IMG/VR virus record: IMGVR_UViG_3300043772_003377
Span: 32,001 to 96,000 of that record
DNA from: a virus
Reading direction: 5' to 3' (one strand)
Length of the DNA stretch: 64,000 bases
The position numbers were made by a program, and so were the translations under genes. The notes under the pieces were generated by a model. The model worked only from the letters and a program-made list of their open reading frames with translations. It ran no database searches and was not told the DNA's origin. Below, piece after piece: positions 1-7,611 of this stretch; positions within the stretch are counted from its first letter, which is position 1; every line of letters starts with the position of its first letter.

Positions 1-1
1 A

Positions 2-817
2 GTTTCTGCGGCAACAACTACTTCATTCGTTGCAGTATTTAAAAGATACCGTGAATTAGAATTTGAAGATAAAATTGGTGAAGTTTCTTTTGATTTAGAT
101 TCAGTTACCGTTTCTGTTACTGAAAGAAAATTAAGAGCACAATGGTCTCCTGAATTAGCACAAGACGTTGCGGCATTCCACAACATCGATGCTGAAGCTG
201 AATTAACAGCATTATTATCTGAACAAGTTGCGGCCGAAATCGACCGTGAAATTTTACGTGATTTACGTAAAGGTGCGGCTTGGTCATTACGTTGGGATTA
301 CAACGGATGGAGAAGAGTTACAGGATTATCAACTTCTTATACTCAGAAAGATTGGAATCAAACTTTGATTACTGCAATTAACCAATTGTCAGCTCAAATC
401 CACAAGTCAACTCTTCGTGGTGGTGCTAACTGGATCGTTGTATCAAGTGAGATTTCTGCAATCTTCGATGATTTAGAATACTTCCACGTATCTAACGCAT
501 CTCCTGAGCAAGATCAGTATAATATGGGTATTGAAAGAGTAGGTACTTTAGCAGGTCGTTACCAAGTGTATCGTGACCCTTACTTCCCACCAAACACAAT
601 TTTGTTGGGTCATAAAGGAACATCGTTACTTGACACTGGTTACATCTACGCACCTTACGTTCCACTTCAATTAACACCTACAATGTATAATCCGTTTAAT
701 TTCACTCCAATAAAAGGAATAATGACAAGGTATGCTAAGAAAATGGTAAACAACCGTTTCTACGCGAAAATTACCGTAGATGGTGTTCGTACATTTGATT
801 TAAGAGAGTTAAGATAA
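2..817 (+). CDS. gp23: Major capsid protein, T4 gp23-like, 3' part (5' end lies outside the window)
   Basis: Frame 2 is open from base 2. It encodes RKLRAQWSPELAQDVAAFHNIDAEAELTALLSEQVAAEIDREIL and GYIYAPYVPL...FTPIKGIMTRYA, hallmark gp23 motifs, with high-expression codon bias (CGT, ATC, TAC). Confidence 0.95.
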   Translation, partial: VSAATTTSFVAVFKRYRELEFEDKIGEVSFDLDSVTVSVTERKLRAQWSPELAQDVAAFHNIDAEAELTALLSEQVAAEIDREILRDLRKGAAWSLRWDYNGWRRVTGLSTSYTQKDWNQTLITAINQLSAQIHKSTLRGGANWIVVSSEISAIFDDLEYFHVSNASPEQDQYNMGIERVGTLAGRYQVYRDPYFPPNTILLGHKGTSLLDTGYIYAPYVPLQLTPTMYNPFNFTPIKGIMTRYAKKMVNNRFYAKITVDGVRTFDLRELR

Positions 818-840
818 TTAAACTCTTAATGATAAAATTA

Positions 841-870
841 AAAGGTCAGAGAAATCTGACCTTTTTTTTT
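841..870. terminator. Intrinsic terminator, probably bidirectional
   Basis: AAAGGTCAGA-GAAA-TCTGACCTTT hairpin with a T tract after and an A tract before, between convergent genes. Confidence 0.9.
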
Positions 871-2488
871 AAATAACAACAAGTTCGTATTTTAAATTAC
901 CGGTATCCCAAATTTTATCAAAACCCAACTCATACATTATCTCATTTTCAGTTTTTGTCTTATCGTACCCCATACTAACTAACTTATCTTTTCTAAAATT
1001 ATATCTATGATACCTAATGGAATAATTTTTAGTATATGAATAATTAGGTTTTGTTTCTCCAACAAAATTAAACCCCATTTTACTATAAAAACAAAATTCA
1101 TCTGATGGTGACCAATTTCTATCGGCATATGTAATTATTTTTTTTGGCGAATGTATTTTAATAAAATATTTTAATAATTTAGAAAACCCTCCAATAACAT
1201 TTAAGTTACAATATCTATAAATTTCAAATTCACCATCTTTAATATTCTTATGACCTAAAGAATTTCGTAATTTACCAAAGGTAATTACTGACACCAATTC
1301 CTTATTATACTCCAACCCATAAAAAATAGAGGATTTATCATTACCCTGTAAATGATTTTTATTTAAAAAATCTTTTTTTTGTTCATTGGTTAATTCAATG
1401 ACCTTACAATTTCTAGCATATATTTTACTCTGGTTTAAATTTAAAATAGTTTTTAATCTTTCTTTAATTATATTTTTCTTATCACTCCATTCATCTGAAA
1501 AGATATGGATTAGTCTTATATTTTTATTTAAACATTTTTTTGTTTTATCTATATGATACGTTTTTGTTTTACCTCTTTTTTCTGAATGCCAATATAAACC
1601 ATTATATTCTATGGCCATATTATGATCCGGTATGAAAATATCTAATTCAGTACCATTTAAAACACTTTTATTGTTAACTAATATATTTAAACCCAAACCA
1701 CTAATAAATTCACTTATTTCATTTTCAGATTGACTTCTATAATATACTCCTAATTCAATATCATTTAATTGGTCAACAAATTTTTTATGTAAATTATTTG
1801 ATAATATTTCACGACCATATAAATTTTTGTATTCTTCTTGTGTTATGTTGTGTAATTTCAAATGAGTGTTTGATAAAATTTTCAATTTTTCATTACATAT
1901 CATGCAAGTTGTGAAATTACCAACATCTTCAAATAAAGTATTTCTTTCAACATATTTCTTTAATGTATTAAAAAATATTTCATAATCGGGATTATTCTCA
2001 ATAAATTCTGAAATAGATCCGTGAGTTTTGTCTATATGTTTAGTAAATGAACCCGTTTTATTAGTTAAGTCATTAGTTTCCCACTCACATAACGGACATT
2101 TTAATTTTTCAATTTCTTCAATTTCTTTTTTAATAAAAAAATCTGAATGAAAATGATGACCATTTTCTTTTAAAAACATTCTTCGTTTAAAAGAGGATGG
2201 AATTATTACATCAGGATAACATTCTTTTATGTGATTCGTTATTGACCCGCTTTTATTTTCATAATCATTAAATGTTTTTTTGCATTTTTTACATTCTAAT
2301 GTGTGAGGGTCTATTTTAATGACATTGTCTTTATTTAGATATTTGGTCTGACCTCCTTTTTTTCTTATATCCACATTATTATCTTTTAAAATTTTTTTCA
2401 ATTTTAATTTACCAATTTTAAATTCTTTACATAAATCCTCCAAAGAAGAATTCGAATTTTTGTATTTTTCAATTATAAGTGTTTCCAT
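869..2488 (-). CDS. Free-standing Hef-like homing endonuclease: C2H2-type Zn fingers, Vsr/DUF559-like nuclease, Mom/GNAT-like C-terminal domain
   Basis: Three CxxC...H...H/C fingers; nuclease motif ELDIFIPDHNMAIEYNGLYWHS...IRLIHIFSDEW; C-terminal FLNKNHLQG...IGGFSKLL...ITYADRNWS...GF...IWDTG. Confidence 0.75.
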   Translation of the reverse strand: METLIIEKYKNSNSSLEDLCKEFKIGKLKLKKILKDNNVDIRKKGGQTKYLNKDNVIKIDPHTLECKKCKKTFNDYENKSGSITNHIKECYPDVIIPSSFKRRMFLKENGHHFHSDFFIKKEIEEIEKLKCPLCEWETNDLTNKTGSFTKHIDKTHGSISEFIENNPDYEIFFNTLKKYVERNTLFEDVGNFTTCMICNEKLKILSNTHLKLHNITQEEYKNLYGREILSNNLHKKFVDQLNDIELGVYYRSQSENEISEFISGLGLNILVNNKSVLNGTELDIFIPDHNMAIEYNGLYWHSEKRGKTKTYHIDKTKKCLNKNIRLIHIFSDEWSDKKNIIKERLKTILNLNQSKIYARNCKVIELTNEQKKDFLNKNHLQGNDKSSIFYGLEYNKELVSVITFGKLRNSLGHKNIKDGEFEIYRYCNLNVIGGFSKLLKYFIKIHSPKKIITYADRNWSPSDEFCFYSKMGFNFVGETKPNYSYTKNYSIRYHRYNFRKDKLVSMGYDKTKTENEIMYELGFDKIWDTGNLKYELVVI

Positions 2489-2639
2489 AATAATATAATT
2501 ATACCTAATAATGGTATAAAATCAAATAGTATGAAAAAATATTTAAATTTCAATAAAATATGGGATTGCGGTTTATTTAAATATAAACTGATTATCAAGT
2601 AGTTAATAATTTATTTTTTTTAAAATCAAATTATTTTTG

Positions 2640-2647
2640 TATATTTG
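2640..2647 (+). promoter_or_regulatory. Bacteroidetes-type -7 promoter element (TAnnTTTG)
   Basis: TATATTTG lies 4 nt upstream of the ATG at 2652; the same geometry occurs at 5656-5663 and 12819-12826. Confidence 0.7.
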
Positions 2648-2651
2648 TATT

Positions 2652-3200
2652 ATGAGAATATTGATAATTTTATTGTTAATTAGTTTAACACTTAATTCAC
2701 AGACATTTACTGAAAAAAACTTTAATGTTCACATTTTTAACAAAAAATTATACCAAAAAATTAACGATTATAGGAAAAAGAACAATATCGATACATTAAT
2801 TTATTCTAATGTTTCTGAAGAATTGGTTTCCAAAATTAATGTTAATAAAATGGTTGAAAAATCATTATGTTATCATCCTGATGTTAATTTTTATGATGGT
2901 AGAAAAATTGGTGAATCATTGTTTATTGAGTATTATAAAAAATTGAATTTGAAGAGGGAGTATCCGGAGGATGATTTTGTCACATATGCCGAAATTTCTG
3001 CCTTTACAAGTAGGACATTTAATAATTATGATGATATGACGGAATATTTTTTAAATTGTTGGATAAACTCACCAAAACATAAAAAAATATTACACATCCC
3101 ACTTTATAATGGATTATGTTCATCATTTATAAAAAAAGGTAAAGAAGGGTTTTACGTCACCTTTGATTTTATCGACATTAGTGTTTTTACCATACATTAA
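2652..3200 (+). CDS. Secreted CAP (SCP/PR-1) domain protein, copy 1
   Basis: Signal peptide MRILIILLLISLTLNS; CAP motifs KINDYRKKNN, YAEI, WINSPKHKKIL. Start moved to the ATG at 2652 because the upstream TTG codons overlap the promoter. Confidence 0.75.
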   Translation: MRILIILLLISLTLNSQTFTEKNFNVHIFNKKLYQKINDYRKKNNIDTLIYSNVSEELVSKINVNKMVEKSLCYHPDVNFYDGRKIGESLFIEYYKKLNLKREYPEDDFVTYAEISAFTSRTFNNYDDMTEYFLNCWINSPKHKKILHIPLYNGLCSSFIKKGKEGFYVTFDFIDISVFTIH

Positions 3201-3302
3201 ATAATATATTAATATGAATATGTTTCTTTTTAAAAAAATAAGGAAAATTGAAAATTTGTTAAAACAACCTGTTTTTAACTTTTTAGTGTTAAAATAAACA
3301 AT

Positions 3303-3860
3303 ATGAGAAAATTAATTTTAATTATCGGTTTAATTTATTTAGGGATGATCACTTTTTTGGGGCAAATTAATAATTTTAACGTCAACACATTCAATAAAAA
3401 AGTATATCAAAAAATTAACGATTATAGGAAAAAGAACAATATTGACACATTAATTTATTCCAAGGCATCCGAAGAATTGGTCTCCAAAGTTAATGTTAAT
3501 AAAATGACTGAGAAATCATTATGTTATCATCCTGACGTTAATTTTTACGATTATAGAAAAATTGGTGAATCATTGTTTATTGAGTATTATAAAAAATTGA
3601 ATTTGAAGAGAGAATATCCAGAATTTGATTCTGTTTGGTACGCTGAAATCTCAGCTTTCACAAGTAAAAAATTTAATAATTATGATGAAATGGTTGAGTA
3701 TTTTTTAAATGGTTGGATAAACTCACCAAACCATAGAGAAATTTTAAATACCAACTTTAAATTGTCACACTCAGGTATTTGTTCGACATATATTAAGAAA
3801 GGTAAAGAAGGTTATTATGTATCGTTTAATTTTATTGGTATGATTATTACCAATAATTAA
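3303..3860 (+). CDS. Secreted CAP (SCP/PR-1) domain protein, copy 2 (tandem paralog)
   Basis: Hydrophobic N-terminus; INDYRKKNN and WINSPNHREIL; core nearly identical to copy 1. Confidence 0.75.
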   Translation: MRKLILIIGLIYLGMITFLGQINNFNVNTFNKKVYQKINDYRKKNNIDTLIYSKASEELVSKVNVNKMTEKSLCYHPDVNFYDYRKIGESLFIEYYKKLNLKREYPEFDSVWYAEISAFTSKKFNNYDEMVEYFLNGWINSPNHREILNTNFKLSHSGICSTYIKKGKEGYYVSFNFIGMIITNN

Positions 3861-3861
3861 A

Positions 3862-4980
3862 TTATTTCAAATAATTTGAGACCAATGATTCAAATGAATC
3901 ATTCCCTTTTGAATATTGTCCAGTGTCAGGAGAATATTTCGATAGATTCATAAATTTTTTTAATTCGTTTAAATCCCCTTCACTATCTTTAATGTTCTCT
4001 TTAAAAACCTTATTATTTTTCTCCAAAGAAATCTTATTAATTTTTCCATTTTCCCAATAAAAATTCCATCTGATTTTTGGGTAAACTTCAGTCGAGAATC
4101 GTTCCTTTTCTTTTGCTAAGTCGGTAGATAATTTTTGACTATATTTTATTTCGTATATCGCAATATAATTACCCAAATTTTTAGTATCAGGTGTTTGAAA
4201 TTTACCACCACTATCTTTACATCTTAATGGGGTAACATTAGACGCAAATTCGCCGGCGCCATTTTTTGAATTACAAAAATAACTGCCTTGGATAATATAC
4301 TTCGGATCATATTTTTTTGGTATAACCGTTTCCTTAACATCAGTTTTTATGTAATTAAAAGTTAAATTAACCGATATAAATTGACCTGGCCTTAAATTCG
4401 CCGGTCTATTTGGGGAATTGTCAGTAAATCCACTCGTATTGATAACTACAGATGAGGTTACCTTTGGGACTGAATCATCGACAGAAACTCCAATACTCTT
4501 TAAATAAGTTGTTAATTGTGGTAAAAATATGTCAGCTCTTTGTTTTGCCAAATTTAAATTATTTCTGTAACCATTATCATTTGGTGTTTTTGGATTTTTT
4601 GTGGTTCTATCATTTTCTAAATCATACCCTGTCGCCTTATTTCCCCAACTATTACTGGCCGAACCCATAACCGATATGTTGGTTAATTTTATATTTTTAT
4701 CTTCTAACATTTTTTTTGATTCAGGGTTAGAATTTATTGATGTTAAAATTCCTTCAGTAAATGATTTATAAGATTCCGGTGTTAATGTATTTGAACCTGT
4801 CGAATAAACAACATCTTGAGAATAAGGTATTGATATGGATTGGGTTGTTGTTTCTGTTGTTTTTGTACCCCCTTCAACCCCCTGTTTCGTTACGGTTGTT
4901 GTTTTTTGTTCGGATATGACCTTACCCTTTTCATAATTTACAAGGTATTGTATCCTTAATAATTCTTCTTTAATATTCAT
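3862..4980 (-). CDS. Leader-bearing protein with an OmpA-C-like peptidoglycan-binding domain
   Basis: Leader MNIKEELLRIQYLVNYEKGKVISEQ; YSTGSNTL...ISVMGSAS...NLNLAKQRA resembles the OmpA C-terminal domain. Confidence 0.5.
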   Translation of the reverse strand: MNIKEELLRIQYLVNYEKGKVISEQKTTTVTKQGVEGGTKTTETTTQSISIPYSQDVVYSTGSNTLTPESYKSFTEGILTSINSNPESKKMLEDKNIKLTNISVMGSASNSWGNKATGYDLENDRTTKNPKTPNDNGYRNNLNLAKQRADIFLPQLTTYLKSIGVSVDDSVPKVTSSVVINTSGFTDNSPNRPANLRPGQFISVNLTFNYIKTDVKETVIPKKYDPKYIIQGSYFCNSKNGAGEFASNVTPLRCKDSGGKFQTPDTKNLGNYIAIYEIKYSQKLSTDLAKEKERFSTEVYPKIRWNFYWENGKINKISLEKNNKVFKENIKDSEGDLNELKKFMNLSKYSPDTGQYSKGNDSFESLVSNYLK

Positions 4981-5025
4981 ACCTATAAATATATTATGTT
5001 AGTGTTTAATTTACTATTAATAGGA

Positions 5026-5032
5026 TATTTAT
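5026..5032 (+). promoter_or_regulatory. Candidate phage late promoter TATTTAT (divergent partner on the minus strand at 4985-4991)
   Basis: GATATTTATA lies 6 nt before the ATG at 5039; the motif recurs upstream of many genes in the sense orientation. Confidence 0.55.
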
Positions 5033-5038
5033 AACTAT

Positions 5039-5461
5039 ATGAAACTCAAACAATTAATTAGAGAACATTTATTATTAGAAAAAAGAATAGGTCAGTTGGT
5101 GGATACTCTTGAGGTAACTATGTCCTTCGATTTAATCAAACATATGGGTCATGCAGAACAAAGGTCTATGGGTATTGGTAGGGAAAAAATTGAGGACTAC
5201 GATATGAGGCCTGTAACCAATATGGAAATCAGATACTTCATCGACCTTTTTAAAAGAGATATTGCGGAAAAAATATTAACAGGGGAAATTAAAAATGAAG
5301 AACCTTTTGTCATTAGAAGTTCATCAAAAGGTTTGGCAATTCCTCTTAAACCAATTCATAACGCAGGGACTAATTGGAAATTAGTCGTTTTAACCGTTTG
5401 GAGGGAAAGTAATATTCACAAATTAAAAACATTTGAAGGGCAAGTAATCATTGAGAAATAA
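5039..5461 (+). CDS. Leader-bearing hypothetical protein, possible BECR/RelE-like RNase fold
   Basis: Leader MKLKQLIREHLLLE; HAEQR near the N-terminus and LVVLTVWR near the C-terminus resemble DUF4258-type proteins. Confidence 0.4.
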   Translation: MKLKQLIREHLLLEKRIGQLVDTLEVTMSFDLIKHMGHAEQRSMGIGREKIEDYDMRPVTNMEIRYFIDLFKRDIAEKILTGEIKNEEPFVIRSSSKGLAIPLKPIHNAGTNWKLVVLTVWRESNIHKLKTFEGQVIIEK

Positions 5462-5484
5462 AAAAGGGGACAATCGTCCCCTTT
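5461..5484. terminator. Intrinsic terminator shared by the 5039 gene and the minus-strand RNA
   Basis: AAAAAGGGGAC-AATC-GTCCCCTTT hairpin; the U tract is longest on the minus strand. Confidence 0.85.
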
Positions 5485-5652
5485 GGTTTTGAAATTTTTG
5501 TCTGAGCTTGTGATCTAATCGGTTATCCGCGTAATGAACAAAGGTACCTTCAAATTATTCCATCTTAACGATTGAGGTTTACCACACCTTGAGTTGATCG
5601 TCACTCATTCCGCCGAGTTGTTAGGGTAATCTCGGTTCAACCCTTTTTCATT
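5461..5652 (-). ncRNA. Candidate structured non-coding RNA of about 190 nt with tandem pseudoknots
   Basis: GC-richer ORF-free interval bounded by a TATATTTG promoter (5656-5663) and a terminator. Crossing stems AGGGU/ACCCU and CCGAG/CUCGG, plus UGAGU/ACUCA, AGGU/ACCU and ACGAU/AUCGU. Confidence 0.6.
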
Positions 5653-5655
5653 ATA

Positions 5656-5663
5656 CAAATATA
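5656..5663 (-). promoter_or_regulatory. Bacteroidetes-type -7 promoter element driving the candidate ncRNA
   Basis: TATATTTG on the minus strand. Confidence 0.65.
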
Positions 5664-5683
5664 CAAACTTTTTTTGATTATTC

Positions 5684-6037
5684 CTAATCTTCAATAAAAT
5701 AAATTTGAATGTTAATGTAATTAACACCCCTCATATTAAGATTTGTATTTGTCATAATAAGATAATTTTTTAATTCAAATTCAAATTCTTTGTGATTAAA
5801 TTTAACATCAGAACAATGTTCAAATGAGTAGTTTGACAAATGAAAATCATCCATTTGGTCGTAACAAGTTCTGTCAATATGTTTTGATATAAAATCATCG
5901 CCAAGGGTTATTGTAACATCCACCTGAAGATGAGAAAAATCTTCTCTATATCTTGTAACATATATATTTTCAAAAAACGGATATTGTTTTTTTAAAATGA
6001 TGTTTAATGTCTTTTCGTATCTTTCTTTTTCTGTCAT
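5684..6037 (-). CDS. Hypothetical protein
   Basis: 117-aa ORF preceded by TATTTAT (plus-strand 6044-6050). Confidence 0.7.
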   Translation of the reverse strand: MTEKERYEKTLNIILKKQYPFFENIYVTRYREDFSHLQVDVTITLGDDFISKHIDRTCYDQMDDFHLSNYSFEHCSDVKFNHKEFEFELKNYLIMTNTNLNMRGVNYINIQIYFIED

Positions 6038-6100
6038 TTTTTTATAAATATTCTATTTTTTTATTAATTGAATATATTTATAAATAAATTGAATTTTCAT

Positions 6101-7585
6101 ATGACGACTATTGAGGGAGTATCGAGTAATTTAAAATATCTTTTTACGGATAAAGGTATTATACAATTAGGTGATTATTATAAAACAAATAATAAAAAAA
6201 ACATTATAGAATATTCATTTGAAAATCTCCATATCGCGCTAGACATATTAAAAGAACATAAAGAACTTTATTACAAATTAAACAAAATTTCAGTTACAGA
6301 ATACGTTAATTCTTCAAGAAAATTTCTTTATGAATTAATGGAAACTTTCAATTTAAAAGATAATATCAGTATTATTAAAGAATGGGAAGAAAAGTTCGGT
6401 TCAAAACTTTTATTACTAAATGAATCGACCGATAAATTATTAATAGAAGAAAGAGTTAATAATTCTTGGGAGTCAATAAGAACTATGTTGGAAGAAGCGA
6501 CTTGGAATCCTTTTAGTTCTGATTTTTATTCTAAAGAAAATTTTAAAGGATTGGGGCAAGACATTAAAGGTGCGGTTAAAAGAGTCGATAAATTTGCGAA
6601 AGATACTGCGAAAAGTGCGGTTGATTGGACTAAAGAACAAGGGAGACAAATATCTCAAAAAGGTCTTGGGGGGTATCTTAAAGATAAGGCTAAATCAGTT
6701 TTTAATAGTGTTAAAAATGCCGTTGCTAAAGTTTGGAAATGTCTTACTAATAATCCTATAGAGTGTATGATGGAGGGTCTTAGAACTGCCGCGTTTTCGG
6801 CTTTAGGTATGGGAGCGTTGACCGCATTAACCGTGGCCTTTCCTGGTGTTGGAAATATCCCTGATGCAATTATATTTGGTTCTTTATTGATTTGGGATAT
6901 ATATAAAGCGTTAAGTGGAAAATATGAAAGTGGTGAATATAAATGGAGTTGGACGGATATTATTGTTGATGCGGTTTGTTTAATACTACCGGCGTTAGGA
7001 GGGGCGTTAAAGTCCGCTCTTTCAGGTATTAAAGGTTTTGGGGAACTGGCCGTTAAAGCCTCAACTAAAGGAGGTGTTTTTGCGAAGGCTGTTAATACGA
7101 TTAAAAATGGTATTGGAACTATAATAAGTTTAATAGGTAAAGCAGCCGCTTGGATAGGTCAAAAATTAGGTATTAAATGGTTAAGCGAATTTGGGGGTAA
7201 AGCTCAGAGTTTTATGAAAAATAGTGCTGATGAATTAATTACTAAAGTAAATCAAGGTGTTTCTAAAGTAAAAGAAATACATGGAGTTGCAAAAGAAAAA
7301 TTGGCAACCGCAGGAAAAGAAATCAAACAATTCTCAAAAACTTTACAAACTATGACACCAAAAAGAGTCATTATTAAAAAATCCGGAACCGCGGTATTAT
7401 TAACCGCTGCATTTTGTGCTGCTTTAGGGGTGGACGATCCTTGGATGTGTCAACATAAAGTTGAAAGTGGTCAAGTTAGTGAGGAAGAAATTAATAAAAT
7501 ACAAAACGCAATAAATTCTAAAGGATTTCAAAACCAACTAGACCAATTGTCTGTTGATGATGCGGAAAAATTAGGATTAATATAA
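6101..7585 (+). CDS. Hypothetical protein with multiple Gly/Ala-rich hydrophobic helices (possible injected membrane-active protein)
   Basis: Internal LLNE, LIEE and MLEE sites, then hydrophobic segments AAFSALGMGALTALTVAFPG, AIIFGSLLIW and IIVDAVCLILPALGG. The ATG at 6101 lies downstream of TATTTAT (6075-6081). Confidence 0.55.
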   Translation: MTTIEGVSSNLKYLFTDKGIIQLGDYYKTNNKKNIIEYSFENLHIALDILKEHKELYYKLNKISVTEYVNSSRKFLYELMETFNLKDNISIIKEWEEKFGSKLLLLNESTDKLLIEERVNNSWESIRTMLEEATWNPFSSDFYSKENFKGLGQDIKGAVKRVDKFAKDTAKSAVDWTKEQGRQISQKGLGGYLKDKAKSVFNSVKNAVAKVWKCLTNNPIECMMEGLRTAAFSALGMGALTALTVAFPGVGNIPDAIIFGSLLIWDIYKALSGKYESGEYKWSWTDIIVDAVCLILPALGGALKSALSGIKGFGELAVKASTKGGVFAKAVNTIKNGIGTIISLIGKAAAWIGQKLGIKWLSEFGGKAQSFMKNSADELITKVNQGVSKVKEIHGVAKEKLATAGKEIKQFSKTLQTMTPKRVIIKKSGTAVLLTAAFCAALGVDDPWMCQHKVESGQVSEEEINKIQNAINSKGFQNQLDQLSVDDAEKLGLI

Positions 7586-7611
7586 TAAAAATAAAAATAA
7601 AAATAAAAATA
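7586..7611 (+). repeat. (TAAAAA)n microsatellite forming an A-rich translation leader
   Basis: TAAAAA repeated about 4.3 times directly before the ATG at 7612. Confidence 0.7.

Noticed and set aside
365-817. Capsid ORF starting at 365 as given in the ORF track
   Set aside because: The frame is open and gp23-like from base 2, so the true start lies upstream of the window.
2745-3750. Near-identical CAP gene cores as a DGR template/variable repeat pair
   Set aside because: Differences are mostly synonymous and involve all bases rather than only adenines; both copies are full genes, and no reverse transcriptase is in the window.
5600-5651. AUG AAA AAG followed by a pseudoknot as a programmed frameshift or readthrough gene
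   Set aside because: All shifted or readthrough frames hit stops within about 30 codons, and the pseudoknot overlaps the putative slippery site instead of lying a few nucleotides downstream.
5461-5652. tRNA, tmRNA or hammerhead ribozyme identity for the structured RNA
   Set aside because: No cloverleaf, T-loop or CCA acceptor end, and no CUGANGA/GAAA core was found by eye; an Rfam search is still needed.
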